From the NCBI RefSeq assembly GCF_001194135.2, contig NC_069004.1, positions 5,789,912 to 5,839,503 of the forward strand: DNA of 49,592 nt, in the 5' to 3' direction. Under the pieces are notes generated by a model. That model did no database searches. It had not been told where the DNA came from and saw only the letters and a list, made by a program, of their open reading frames with translations. The translations under genes and the position numbers were made by a program. Shown here piece by piece: positions 34,772 to 49,060 of the stretch (its first letter is position 1; each line of letters starts with the position of its first letter). Source of the DNA: Octopus bimaculoides (taxonomy: Eukaryota).

Positions 34772-35214
34772 CTTGTACATAAGTTTGTGTATGATGTTGA
34801 GTGTGTTTCTATACATATATATATATGAAATTATATATATATATATATAGTTGTGTGATTGTGTATATATATATACATGTGTGTGCGTGTGTAATATATA
34901 TATACATGTGTGTGCGTGTGTAATATATATATATATAAAACATTAATGATTATAGCGACAATAATAAAAAAGATCAGATCAGTTTCATGAAATGCCTCTT
35001 TGCTCTCTCTCTCTCTCCCCCTTCCCCCTAAGCCCCCATTAATATGCAATACACACACACACACACATATATCCATATATACATAAAATAATTTGTTTTA
35101 AATAGAATAAGGAAAAGTAAGTGACTCAGATAAGGATTGTTGTGTTATTTTGCCTACCATGAAATAATATGCTAAGCTGTACATAATCTTTTGATTATTA
35201 TTATCGTTATTGTT

Positions 35215-37760
35215 GCAGAATCAGTAAAGCTTCAGATAAAATACCTTGTGTTTGGTTGCCTCAGATTGCATTTTGATTTTGAACCCCACTCAGGTTGGTT
35301 TTTTGCTTTACATGCATTTTCAGTGGTGGGGGACGAGGGAGCAATATAATTGACCAATCCTTCTTCCAAATCCCCACGGTCATCATATAGACATTCTTTT
35401 TTTCCTCACTGTTACGTGTAATGTAGATACTGAGCAATAAAAGGGTCTGGACTTCCTTTCCATCCTATTACCCTCTCCCTTTTTTTTTTATTTGTTCCTA
35501 GGTTCAAATTGCTTTCAATCTCTTCTGCCGAATAAGAATGATGCTCTTGCAAAAATGCATGCCCATTGCAGAATCTCATTCACTACCTACTCCTCACCTA
35601 TAAAATTCTGCTGTTTTTGGGGTAGGTTCTTCGACATGTTTAATTACTCTAATATTTTCTCTTTTCTTTTCAATTTTGAGTCTCTGTTATATTCTGTTTC
35701 CTATTCAACTTAGTTTATTTTCAGCAATAGTAACAATGTTTCCATTTGTAAATTATAAAGTAATTAAAAGTAAAGCAAAGCCTCTTTTATTTGAATAAGA
35801 GACGAGACAAGAAAAGACCTTATTATCTTTTCACATACTTACTATTTTGTGGTAAAGTGAAAAGCATCCCCTCTACAAAAACCCAAGTATTCTAATCCAC
35901 CATTCTTAATATTTCACACTGAAATATTCTTACATGTTATTAACAGCGTTTGATAAGAACCTTTAGAATGTCAGTTAGATAAAATGTTTGAAGGTGTTGA
36001 TTTGCTCCCCTTCAAATTCTGATTTCAAATCCTGCTGAGGTTGATTTTTGCTTTTCATCTTTCTTGGTGGTTCAATCACACCGATGTACCAGTTGCATAC
36101 TGGAGTTGCTTTAATTTACTGTTATATCATTGTCAGACAAATTGCTGATAGATTCCGTAATTCAGTATTTGTCTCAATGCATATATATATATATATATAT
36201 ATATACTCACACAGTTCCATCATCACATGCAACTCATTGCACATATTGCACCATATGTTGCAATAAAAACTGGAGATGCAAAAGAACTGACCAAAAAACA
36301 AAAATTAAAGTATGAATGGAAACATGAAAAATTGAGTAAAAGAAAATATTTCTAGTCAGTATTCACTTTAATATTTCTGCTTTTTTTAAATCTTTTTTTT
36401 TTTTGACATATATTCCATTTCTATTTTTTTTCTTGCTTATCTTTACTTTAATTTTTATTTCGCTCAGAATTTTTCAAATAACCAAAATGAGAAATAACAT
36501 CCTTCCCTTTTGTCTAGAAATCAAGAGCAACTTTTGAGTGTTTAAAATGGCTTAATCTATACTGAACATACTGTTTTGTTTAGTCATGGCAGAGAAATGA
36601 CAGATTTGTTACCACCTCAGAGAAAATGCTTAGTGTTTTTTCTTCTGGTTTTACATTCTCAGTTCGAATACTGCCAAGGTTGAATTAGTCTCTCTTCCTG
36701 TTCCGTCTTGTACTGGTAGAATTGACGGAATCAACTTTTGCTCCTCTCCTTGAAATTGCTAGCCTTGTACCCAACTTAGAATTATTATTATTATTATTAT
36801 TGTTACTAAGGTAGTAGATTGATGGAGGTAATAGTTTGTCTTATCTTGAACATTATTATTATTAATAGTTGGCATTTCATCATTCCAAACGAATTGTATT
36901 CACTGTTTAATGTTAAGGGAATGAAAATAAAAAAACAAGCAACAAAAATATTTTGGAAGATGGTCCCTAAAATTTATAGATGCTTTATAGTTGTATATTC
37001 ATATATATGCATGTGTGTAAAACTCTAAAAATATATTCATTTGTCCCCAAAACAAAAAAAAACAGCATTTTGTTAGTCTCATGTCTCTCACTCAATGATA
37101 TATGCACACATACACACAAAAATATATACAAAAAAAGAAAGTGCTTCCTCAACAGACCTACACAGGTTTCCTTTGTCTGTCTGTTTTCCAGTATGATCAT
37201 GGGTTGCTCACATAAATGCTGTATTCTCTGATCCTAGATATTGGTTTTGTGTCTTGTCATTCGTATTATGGTAAGGCATCAAGTTAGCAGAATTGTTAGC
37301 ATGCTAGACGAAAAGCTCAGTGACATTTTGTTCGTCTTTATGTTCTAAGTTCAAATGCTGCCAAAATTGACTTTGCTTTCCATCCTTCCATGATCGATGA
37401 AATAAGTACAAGTTGAATTCTGGGGTTGATGTAATCCTCCAACCTCGTGCCAGTAGTAGAAAGGACTATTATTGTTATTATTATTATTATTTTGGAAATA
37501 ATTTAGGCAGCGAGCTTGCAGAATTGTTAGCACACTGGGAAAAAAAACGTTTTGCAACATAAGTAGCAGTTGATCATCGAGGTAGATGTACTAATTTAGT
37601 TACCACCCCTCCTCTGAAATTGCTGGCCTTGTGCCAAAATTTGAAACCATTATTAGTTCTTGGTGAGTTGAAAGAATTGTCAAAGCACGTGCCGAAATGT
37701 CTTGCATGTTTTCTTGCAGCAGCAATTCAACTAGGCCCTTTCATATCTTTCTTTTATCCA
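35215..37760 (+). mobile_element. Region with several degenerate SINE family A copies (about 35215, 35945, 36587, 37273, 37505, 37658), with unique spacers
   Basis: Best copy 37273-37495: GTTAGCAGAATTGTTAGC...TTCTAAGTTCAAATGCTGCC...CTTTCCATCCTTCC...AATAAGTAC, with a TTA tail. Confidence 0.55.
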
Positions 37761-38734
37761 AAGGTTAATAAAACTGTCAGTGAAGAATTTTAGGGACCCA
37801 ATATATAAATATAATCCAACTTTATACCCCTCCCCTTCAATTATGTAGACTTTTGTGCCCATAAGTGAAATCCATTTTATTTATTATTACTAAAATAATA
37901 GAAGTAGTGATAGCAAAGATGATGATGATAATAATAATAATAGTCATTGTGGACTTCTATATTTTATCTTCACTTGTTTTAGCTAAAATGCTTTTGTCTC
38001 TTTTACTCACACACACACACACCTGTAGATGTCTAGTCTTAATTTAAAATCATAAACAGGTAAAAATAAAGTGCTATCTATAATATAATCTCTACCCTTA
38101 GCCCCAAAATAAATATATGCTATCAATCCTAAAACAGTCAGGCATGGCCCAGCACAACAAAAGAGCCATACACATATAATGTATAACTTTAGATTTTTGC
38201 TTTCCTGTATATCTATGCATTATCAATACACACACACACACAATTTATATATTTCTATTGATGGGGTGGGGAGAGGGACTTATGACGGCATATTCTTCTG
38301 GTTGGTTTGATTGGTCAAAGATCAATTGACATTTTTTTTTCTTTTCTCCTTTCATAAGAATACTACTGATGAAACAGCATGTATATATGCATATAGTAAC
38401 TTAAGATACACATATGTCTTGGATAGTCATTAACTTTCTTCATTTAACTAATTATTGGTATGTATTTGTTTGTGTCTTGTAATTTTCTGATTTTCAAATT
38501 TTGACATTTTTTTTTCTGTAGCCCTGCCCCTACTCCTATCTCTAATGTCCATTATTTTATTTATTTTTTTTTTGTTATTGTTGTCTTTGAATGTGTATGA
38601 AAGTCTTGTGTTTGCAGACAGCTTGTTTCTCATTTTTTTTTCGGAATGGGCTTTTTGGGAATGTTATATATATATATATATATATAATGTGTGTATGTAT
38701 ATATATATATATATATATATATAATGTGTGTATG

Positions 38735-38776
<42 letters not shown>

Positions 38777-39730
38777 CTTATATGTTTTTCTAGTTGTTTA
38801 GTCTGTTTTAGCCACCACGGCTACGGTCATGCTGGAGCACTTATATAAATATGTATGTGTATGTATATGTCTATAATATGCGTTTTCAATATATATATAT
38901 ATATCTCTGCATTGTGCATGACTGATTTTTTTTGTAATGAAAAACATGCAAAAAAAAAGATTTTTCATTGATGCATAAACAAAGAAAAAAAAATAAAGAG
39001 AATGGATTTAAAAAGAGAAATAATAAACATTTAAAAAAAAAAGAACACAAGTGTTTTGGTGCATGATTTGTTATTAGACTTGTATATTTTGGGGTCACCC
39101 ATTAAGAACAAGGACTTGAAACCAAATAAACTTCAAAAAAAAAAATGCAAGCAACATAATTAAAAGTGACCCCTTTGCAAATTGCATGTGTATGTGCTAA
39201 TATTGTAATTAATGCTGGTCTGATTAGGAGTTATGAAAACAAAAACAACCTAAAGTACAGAAAAAAAAATCATCCTACTACTGTTCTCTTTTATTAAAAT
39301 CTTGAATAAGGGGCATGTTTTTTTTTTTTTTTTTTTNNNNNNNNNNNNNNNNNNNNNNNNNNNNNNNNNNNNNNNNNNNNNNNNNNNNNNNNNNNNNNNN
39401 NNNNNNNNNNNNNNNNNNNNNNNNNNNNNNNNNNNNNNNNNNNNNNNNNNAAAAAACAACAAAAATAACAGGTTGCCTGTGGAATGGTGGGGCTCAGTTG
39501 TCTTGTTATGATGTTATCAGCATTATTATTATTATTACTCATCATTTATTTATTTTTATTTTTCAAAGTCGAATCTCATTTTTATTGTTTTTAATTTTTT
39601 TTTTTTTTTTTGCAATTTAGAAAACAAACAAAATATAATAACAAGGAAAAAAAAATAGAAAAATAATTTAAAAAAAATTCTCAACCAAAACCAAGATTAT
39701 TATTGTTTGCATGTACACACACACATACAC

Positions 39731-39763
<33 letters not shown>

Positions 39764-39942
39764 TTACCAACACACATGCGCTGATTGAATGATTTTGCTA
39801 TTTTGTAATATTTGTTGGTCTGAAGAAAAAATACCAAAAAAATCAAACCTTTTGCTTGAATTGAACTTGTACATAATTATGTGGAAAACTTGGAGAAGGA
39901 GGCTGTNNNNNNNNNNAAAATTTATTGTCCCGGCATTGTTAA

Positions 39943-39976
<34 letters not shown>

Positions 39977-40111
39977 ACATCTAATATTCAGATTTTGTGA
40001 CCTTACAGTCAGTATGCTCTTTCTGAGTGTTAACTATAACCTTCAGAGATCACAATGTCTATTGTGATAATGAAAAATCAGCGAGCCAACTGTAAAATTG
40101 AAAATCTGAGT

Positions 40112-40142
<31 letters not shown>

Positions 40143-40451
40143 CACATACATGCATATATGTATGTGTATATATATATATATACACACACACACATGCATA
40201 TATGTATGTGTATATATATATATATACTCACACACAAGCTCTATATTAAATTATACTGAGTTCTGTAATGAAAATGAAGACAAGAATAACAATTTGTTCT
40301 GTTGTAGTCTTCTTTATCTGTCTGCTCCCATTATTATTATTATTGCTCTAGCATTTTTTGAAACACTTTCAATTTTTGAGCAAAATCCACAATCATATTT
40401 AATTTTTGTCTTTCCGTGTTTACAAACAGCCTCCTCCTTTCCAAATGAATG

Positions 40452-40494
<43 letters not shown>

Positions 40495-40947
40495 TACCAC
40501 ACCAACACATGAATGACATGAAATGTAACTGTGCTGTAGTAATGTGGAGCATGCTATCTCTTGAAAATGAAATGAAAAAAAAAACAAACTGCATTTTTTC
40601 TTGATTGTATATTTTTTTCTGGTTTTTTGAGCAATGCCTCCTGTTTTTATTTGTTTCATTTTTGGCCTGTTTATAGTTTGTTGGAATGTTTGTACATTGA
40701 ATGAACAGCTAGTCTTGAAGGAAATAATGGACTAAAAATCACACACATGCCCCTCGCCTGAGATGTGCATGTATACACACCCCATGTATGTATTATGTTA
40801 GGGACCTTATAAACACAAGCAGCATACACATATTTATATAAAAATATATATACAATCTCTAAGTATGTATATATGACATACATTAGATGTATATCATATA
40901 TACATTATATGTGCATTTATATACATGAAATTATACATACATGTGAA

Positions 40948-40985
<38 letters not shown>

Positions 40986-42214
40986 ATATAAGTAGAAACA
41001 CTTATACACATGTCTATTCTTTAAGGATCTCAAATGTTCTTTTTGTTCCCCATGGGCTAAAATGGATTATAATTAGTTCTTAATTTGCAAACAAACCCTA
41101 AAATCATGCAGTCCCCAAAAGCTCACAAATTTGCTTTCAGTTTCTTATCAAAACCATCTCATGGGAACCCCCTAATTCCATTCAGCTTTTACTAACCAAC
41201 ATTTTTTTTTTTTTTTTTTCCCAGGAAGGGGTAGGTGGAATTTAATGCCCTGTTTATTCCCCTACAAAGTGAAGGGATTAGTAATTTCTCAGTCAGCAAC
41301 ATAGTGTTAAAATTTGGGGCTTTGCTATTTCACCCCTACATTCCCCCCAACAACCACCGCCACCACTACCACCAGTATATTATCACCACTAACTGCATTT
41401 GGGAAGTACATGAACATCACACAATCTCTCGCTTCAGTTCTCTTATTAATCTGAGACCTTTTTGTACCTATGTAAGTATCTAATCAACTGCTGATCTGTC
41501 TTGGTTTTCCATAATCGGGGCTTCCAAATTTCCTATTATTATTATTCCTTTACTGTTATAATTGTTGTTGTTATCTAGCTCCTGGTCAATCCTGATCGAG
41601 CTGACCCTTGGTCAAAGGTCTTCTGTGCCAGCCATGACAGACCAATCTGATATTTTTATGTTTGTTTTTATAGGGTAAGTAGAACTACAGTATCCAATCT
41701 TTCCTTCCCTTTTCTCTTTTAGTGTTGTGTGATGTGGGAGAATGTAGCTACTGTTTCTAGCAAATTGTAGAGGCTCTCTCTCTCTTTTTTTTTTTTAGCT
41801 GTAGAACATCAATAGTAAAAATGCTTAAACCTGAGTAGTTTCTGTTTCGTCTTTGGGACGGTGGGGGCAGGTTAGAGCTGAAAGCTGATTTGTTGAGGGA
41901 TAAAGTGAAGAAGCAAACAAACTTAAGGAGATATGGTGATAACGGGTTGAAATGGATAGGATTGTTGGGATCCCATAAATTCAGGGTCTAACCGAACCCT
42001 TGCAACAGAAATTTGGTAAAATGAAATTGAACTCAAATCTATCATATTCTAAAATGCAAATGACATTCCCATGACTTTGGTCTGTCTGACACTGTAGTAG
42101 AAGCAGAACAAGAAAGCCACTTGCCAAAGGTGGCAGCCACCAATGAAATGATCATCTGATGATGGTCATTTCAGATATGCCAAACATGTTCGTAGATGGC
42201 TGTGAGTAAACCTA

Positions 42215-42410
42215 GTGTTTTATACTCTTTTATATGTTTCAATCATTGGACTACGGCCCTACTGGGGCCTCTGCCTTGAGGGTTTAGTTAAAGAAATCAA
42301 CCCAGTGCCTTTTTTTTTTTAAACTCTGGTATTCTATCACTGTGAACATAAACAAACCAACTGTGGTTCTCAAGTAGTGGGTAAATAAACACAGACACAC
42401 ACAGTCATTT
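42215..42410 (-). mobile_element. SINE family B, degenerate 3' half
   Basis: CTCTTTTATATGTTTCAATCATTGGACTACGGCC...AAATCAACCCCAG aligns to 6262-6460. Confidence 0.55.
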
Positions 42411-42680
42411 CTTTAGGTGATTGGTTTTCTGTTTTCTTAAATGTAAATAGGATTGCATATTTCAGTTATTTTACATAAAATCATGCATGCATTTATGTGT
42501 GTATATTGTTGATATTGTTGCATATGGCATGTGAGCATGCACTCACACTCATTCATATGAGTGTGTATTGGAAGATCATTTAAGATACTGACCTTGTTTT
42601 GATTTGGTATGTGAGTCATTAAGGATAGGTAGGTGACCACTTTATATATATTTATTTAATTGACACAATTGACATGTTTT

Positions 42681-42911
42681 TTATGTGCTACTAATAAGTT
42701 TCTTATGCTGAGAACATGCCAAATAATGAATTATAACATGTGTAACATTGCAACACAGTCATCAGATATAGCTAATAAATAATATTCTGAAATGCAAATG
42801 TCATTTCCAAGAGTATGTGGTTTGTGCCTGATGAGTGTGTTGGGATGTCACCCATGTTATAATTCATTATTTGGCATGTTACCTGCATAGGAAACTATTA
42901 GTAACACATAA
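42681..42911. repeat. Fold-back element, about 85-bp inverted arms around a 62-bp spacer
   Basis: 42713-42740 and 42853-42880 are a perfect 28-bp inverted repeat; arms extend to 42681-42765 and 42828-42911. Confidence 0.8.
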
Positions 42912-43399
42912 GAATATGTGTTGTGTCTATTAAATAATATTTCTCTCTCACCAGATGGAATACTTTTTGTTGATCTTACCATCATGGAACAGTACATTAT
43001 ATATATATATAACCTCTTTCTTTCTTATGCTCTCATTATCTTATCGGTAGTGAAAAAAGGGATATAAAATCTTCTGGAAGTTTGGTTAATCTTCTTGTTT
43101 GCTCAGAGAATGAAGGTAGCATTTAAGCACTAAGAATACCAGTATATCTTTCTCTGGCAATTCTTGTATGTTTTACAAATTTTTTGTCTAGATCAGGAGG
43201 TGAGGAGATATTTTTAGTATTATAGATGAGCTGTAAATGTATAAAAAAAAAATATATAATTGAAGGCTAAAAAGATTGTTGAATTTTATAGAATCATGTG
43301 TACAGTTTAGATTAACTTATTAGATTAACTTAGCAACAATAATTTGATCTTTATCTGACTTCATTTAAAACTGAAATACGTACAATCACATTATATTTA

Positions 43400-43703
43400 G
43401 GAGTTATCAACCATTTTTTTTTTTTTACCTATGCACCCCTTTGATTACTATTTTATTCTCGTGGACCCCCCCATAGCCATTCAGTGTTTAAAAATTAGTT
43501 TTATAGGGACTTCTTTCAAAATTTCTATGTTTTTCATATATTATCTTGTGTCAGTTGAACTATGAACAATGTTAGAGAAAAGAAAAAAATCTAAATGTTT
43601 CTTGCAATATATACATGTAATGCAAAATTTTTTCAGGGGCCCTTAATATACCATTATGGATCCCCAAAAATCTTATATGGACCTTGGTTGAGGAGAATCA
43701 CTG
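43400..43703. mobile_element. Possible hAT-type MITE, degenerate
   Basis: Ends GAGTTATCAACC and GGTTGAGGAGAATCACTG loosely resemble CAGTGGTTCTCAACC-type terminal repeats; weak match. Confidence 0.3.
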
Positions 43704-43704
43704 T

Positions 43705-44170
43705 TTTAGCCCCTTAACATATTCTTCTAAAGATGCTCTGCCTTTGTTTCATTTCATTTTGAAAATGAGGAAGAATTTAGTAGAATAACTGTCATTATTA
43801 ACCCTTTAGTTACCATATTTCTGCCTTGTTCCAATTAATTTTGAAAATATGGAAAAATTTAGTAAAAAAAAACAAAAAAACTCATTATTAATTAAGCTTG
43901 TGTTTAGAATATAAATTAGTATAAAATTTTAGTGGGAGGTTTTAATTTCAATCACTTTCATCCTTTGGTTATATATGTTGAACTACACTGTCTTAGATTC
44001 AATTTTGAAAATTATGATGAACTTAGTGAAGTAACTTTGTCATTATTAAATTTGTATTTGAAACAAATTAACCTGAAATTTTGACAGGAGATTTTAATTT
44101 AGTTCACTTTAAAACAGGAAGCTTGTATCATGTAGCTAATAACAGTTTCTGATGGGTTGGTATCAAAATG
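43705..44170 (+). mobile_element. Three head-to-tail truncated copies of MITE family 2
   Basis: Repeated ATTTTGAAAAT...TTAGT...GTCATTATTAA blocks starting near 43705, 43798 (TTAACCCTTTAGTTACC) and 43946; homologous to 1299-1529. Confidence 0.55.
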
Positions 44171-44942
44171 GTTTTCAAAGACGTTTGCAATTTTCAGTTG
44201 GTCTTAGAATATTGATTCACTGAGAACCGTTGCATTTCAGTAAATATTTTTATTTGTTTTCAGTGTTAGTTGGAGGAAAGTATCTTTAGAACTTTCATAA
44301 CCTCTGGTTGTTGTTGTCTTGAAAAGATTTGCTCCTATGCAAAATTTGGCCCACAATTTGATAGATATACATGCACACGTATCTATTTTTATAGATTAAG
44401 GTTACTGGTTTGGTCTTAAGGATTTGTCTGGCTTTTTCCATATATGATTTGTTTTTTTATAGACGCTTTGGTTTCAGATTTGAACCAGGGAAAACATTTC
44501 ACCTGTAATCAATAGGTTTCCTATATCTCACTCTAGTTTAAATAATACTTAAAATTTCAGATTTGCAAAGATTATTGGGAGAAGAAAGGGGGTAAAAAAA
44601 TAGCAACAACAAAACAATGCTAGAAAAAAAAGATACAGGCTGCTAAATCAAATGTTAAATATAAGTATAAATGACCTGTAGGGACACCGTATCTCGTTAT
44701 TCAACCCTAGTATATAACAAAGTATATTAAACACTTTTATAAGTCAATATTGTGTTCTACTGTGTTAGCAGTGCTATTATGTCTCTTATGAGGGTTATTT
44801 CTGCAGATTTCCCATAGAAACATTCTTGTTTGCAGTAATATTCACTTTATGGTAGGAGCATATTTTAATATTAGGAAGGCGAAACTTTAACCTGTATTGT
44901 CCTACCAAGTTTATGCAAATAACTCCTGTGATTTCAACACAC

Positions 44943-44991
<49 letters not shown>

Positions 44992-45233
44992 TTAAGTTCG
45001 TTTATGCGAAACGTTTTTAATTGCATTCATAAAAAGCTCCTATGCTATTTATTCTGGCTACTGCTTATTATTCCCATCTTCCAGAGTAATTTTATGGGAT
45101 GGTTATTAATCTGGTACCATTATGGCGTAGGACATTATATACATATATATATGTATATATNNNNNNNNNNNNNNNNNNNNNNNNNNNNNNNNNNNNNNNN
45201 NNNNNNNNNNNNNNNNNNNNNNNNNNNNNNNNN

Positions 45234-45264
<31 letters not shown>

Positions 45265-45997
45265 ATGTATGTATATACACTGTGTGAGGAGAAAGAATAG
45301 TCTTTCGGTTTTTATATCCACTCAAGCTGTAGTTGGACTGGGCTACAGTAGAAGACCCTGCTAAGTGTCACATAGCGGGACTGGACTCTAAACCACTGCA
45401 TGGGACCTCAAATATGTGTCCCTTTCCTTTTTACATATATCTGTTCATTCATTTTGTTTTAGGTCTATTTTTCCATGATAGCATATTTTGTACGGATACA
45501 TATTACCGAGGCATCATTTTTACAGCTGGATGTTCTTCCTGTCACTAACCACCGACAATTTTTTTTTTTTTATCCCATACTTCCTCATCACCATAGAGTT
45601 AATGAATAACTTCATTGACTGAGAACAATGACCTCATTCACAGTTTACAGCATTCTACTTTTCGAAGCAAAATTACGGGGCATAAACATTCACACACACA
45701 CAAAACAATATAAGCTTCTATATAACTTCTGCAGCAAAACCACATATAAACCACATTTTAGAGTTGTATGCTGATTGTATAAAAACATTTGATTTTAAAA
45801 ACTTGAAATTCTAGTCAGAAAAGTCACATGCTACATATATATGAAAGATACTATATACCTCAAATACGAGCATTTATAAATTACATTTAATTTAATTTTT
45901 TTGTCTTAATACTAGCTGTATAAAACTATAGCGTTTGAAATCCATTGAAATACTAGTCACTAAATTCACATAACTATACACACAATCTATCTATATA

Positions 45998-46150
45998 GTC
46001 AAACGATAAAAATGAGTGCTCAGCACTGTATTTGTGAATTAAGGCTACCATTGGTTTCGCGTTAAGAAAAGATGGAAAGTATCCTAGTTTCTTAACAATT
46101 TTCCCAGCCGATCACATGGAGAAAGGTGTTTCACTCCATTTTGGAAAGCA
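45998..46150. mobile_element. Half copy of the 30.5-kb fold-back element
   Basis: TTTGTGAATTAAGGCTACCATTGGTTTC...GATCACATGGAGAAAGGTGTTT matches 30518-30620; the upstream part matches the reverse complement of 30738-30770. Confidence 0.75.
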
Positions 46151-46158
46151 CAACCTCG

Positions 46159-46190
<32 letters not shown>

Positions 46191-46853
46191 NNNNNNNNNN
46201 ATATATATATATATATATATATGTATGTATATGCACATCCACACACATCACTCACCTCTGACTACCGGCATGTATAAATTGCAACTTTGTTTGAAATTTT
46301 GTTTATTTTTAAATTACAAATTATTGATCTACTGTGTTTAATAATCTAATAACCAGGCTTTCTGGTAATTCTCATACACATGCTAACACTCGCAACTAAA
46401 TAATTAGCCATTATTTCCTCCACATGCATGACTTAGCTGTATGTCTCTTGTATGGTCATTATTATTATTATTTGGAAATTGATGTTTTTATTATTATTAT
46501 TATTTTTAAATCCTTGTATGTAGTTAGTACAATTGTTTTTTTTATGTTTGATTATTTATTTTGAAGAATGATGACGTGAAATGAAACAAGAATCAAAATT
46601 AAACGAGCAAATATTAAATCATATCTCTTCTTAATTATGAATACATTTTACACTAAATCATCAGAAAAGGCCTTGTATGTATGTATGTGTGTTATATCTA
46701 TCTATCAATCTATATACACATACATGCATACATACATACAAATATATGTATATAAACTGTATACTTCCATTCATTGTTTTTTTTAAATGTTATATACATA
46801 TGTATGTACACTTTTGTGTGGGTGTCTGTGTGTGTGTGTGTGTGTGTATATAT

Positions 46854-46897
<44 letters not shown>

Positions 46898-48769
46898 ATA
46901 TCCACACATAGACACTAATACTACCATGATGTTACTCCAAAGAAGCTTCCTTGCGAGAAACTATATATATATATACACACACACACACACATTCACATAA
47001 AATCTTAGACAAAACCAAATGACAAACACACTAAAGAAAAATGCTGGAAATAAAAAAAAAAAATTAACCAAAACCCTTACTAATTAACGATTCATTATTA
47101 ATGGCAATTAAACTGCAGTTCTATATATAATTTTTTCCTCTCTTGTATACAATCATAGACACACAAACACATATGCAAGCTCATCATATATATCTATGTG
47201 TGCATATATATATCTCCTACACACAAATGCATATAGAAACCTATAATGGTCCATACGTGTCTACTGTTCTGCCTGACAAACGAATATTGCCCCGGATCAA
47301 CTGAAGCATGCACTCCACATTTTTTTTTTTTTGCTTTTGCACTACTGTTTGTCTATTTTTCTGGTGTTTTTTCTTTTGTAATTGCATTTTATGTCATCAT
47401 CGTCGTTGTTACTATTATTAATTAGTATTATTACTACTACTACTGTTACTACTACCAACACTTCTGTTACCAATTCTACTATAGCTGCTACTACCACTAC
47501 TACTATTATGCGACTAAAAACAAAACAAAAAAAAACGTATTCGTTGTCATGCTTTTTGTTAATTTTTATCAAATGTTTCCCAATATATATATATATACAT
47601 ATATATATGCATATATATGTGTGCGCATATATATACATATATGTGTGCGTATATATATATGTAATTTGCACTTATATATGTACAGGTGTGATTTGCACTC
47701 GAACTTTCTTGCATGTGTATATATAACTGTATGTATAACCTTATGTAGATATATAATGTGACAAAAAAAGCAAAAAAAAAAAAGCAAAACAAGTCAAAAT
47801 TCTATTTGCATGTTTATTAACCATTTCTGTGAATTGACAATTCCTAATTTCCTGTTTGTTTTGGTGTTTGTCTCTCTGGCTCTTGTGTGTGCCTGCCAGT
47901 GTTTTTTTTCTTAATGTAGAACATACGTACATATATATTTATATGTTTCTATATATCTATATATGGATGTATATGCATATTGATCTTAATTAGTCTGTAG
48001 TTTAGCGATGTATCTTTCACACACTCTTAACTAATAATAAAATTTTTTTTTCTTTTCCAATTCGGGATTCACAAAGCTCTTGCATGCTGTTTGTTTGTTT
48101 TTTTGTTTTTGAAATAATATTTGTGGTTGCTATGCACAAAGCATCTAGTTCTACCAATTCTCTCTATCTCTGACCGTCTCTTTCTCTCTGTCTGTCTGTC
48201 TCTCCCTTTCTTTCTCTCACACATACACATGTCTGTCTGTTATGTGTGTCTTTAATTTGGTAACGGTATTTGGAAATGTCTCACTGTTTGCATGCGTTAT
48301 AACCCGCAAGCTTGTATACATTACACCTGCAATGATAACCATACTCCTACGTGGTCGATTAATTTGCTAAAAACAGCAGCTAAATATCTCAAGTCACACC
48401 ATTAAACAAAGTACATATTGGACAATGTAGTCTAGGGTCCACTGCATAAACGAAAAAAAAAAAAGAAAAAGAGAGAGAGAGAGAGAGGGCGGTCATGGTT
48501 AGAACGTCTTTAAACATAGTTTGCTTAATCTGAGTTGATCTGGTGCGAAACAACAGCAACGTTGCGTGGTTATTGTCTTTGCTAGAAATGGTACACAAGT
48601 TTTCTTTAAATATCATTTTACATTTTTAAAAAACATGTTTGAAAGAAAATTATGAGCAAGACTGTCGTGGTTGGATTTCCATTTGATCGAAATTGACCCA
48701 GAACTAAATAAGAGGAACACTTAAACCAATTAAAAAAACAAAACGAAAAACTATAGATGGAAGAATTTA

Positions 48770-49060
48770 GTATAGCTGAGTGGTCAAAATGCTTGCTTCG
48801 ACTCAGTTTCAAAGCGCAACACATTGTCTTTTATTCTAGAGCTGGCTCTGAATTAGTGAACCTGGTAGATGGAAACTGTGAAAAACCCATCGTGTTGGTT
48901 GTCCCCCACTGCTTGACAATTGGGATTGCTTTCTTTATGTCTCCGTTAACTTAGCAATTCTGCAAGAGAGTCTAATAGAATAAGTGCCAAGGTCGAGGTT
49001 TTTGATTAATTCCACTAAGGCGGTGTTCCGAAATGGTTGCAGCCCAATGACTGAAGCTAT
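48770..49060 (+). mobile_element. SINE family B, degenerate near full length
   Basis: TAGCTGAGTGGT head, GGTAGATGGAAACTG, TAACTTAGC, TAAGGCGGTG...AATGACTGAA blocks. Confidence 0.55.

Larger units (their letters stand above)
887..46200. other. 16 assembly gaps, many flanked by (TA)n
   Basis: N runs start at 887, 3337, 4544, 8295, 9709, 12605, 15493, 17031, 21553, 29468, 32318, 34242, 39337, 39907, 45161 and 46191. Confidence 0.98.

Noticed and set aside
34855-40230. Short tandem duplications of compound microsatellites (about 34860-34930, 38660-38780, 40120-40230)
   Set aside because: Ordinary slippage products or assembly effects.
42150-42200. CTGATGA...CAAACATGTT hammerhead-like string
   Set aside because: G12 of GAAA is missing and helix I does not form next to the cleavage site; at best a dead relic.
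744-47792. Long ORFs rich in YI/IY, HT, CV or X in the supplied track (e.g. 12458-13627, 21262-22410, 15423-16307)
   Set aside because: They are translations of (TA)n/(CA)n microsatellites and N gaps, which contain no stop codons; no coding signal.
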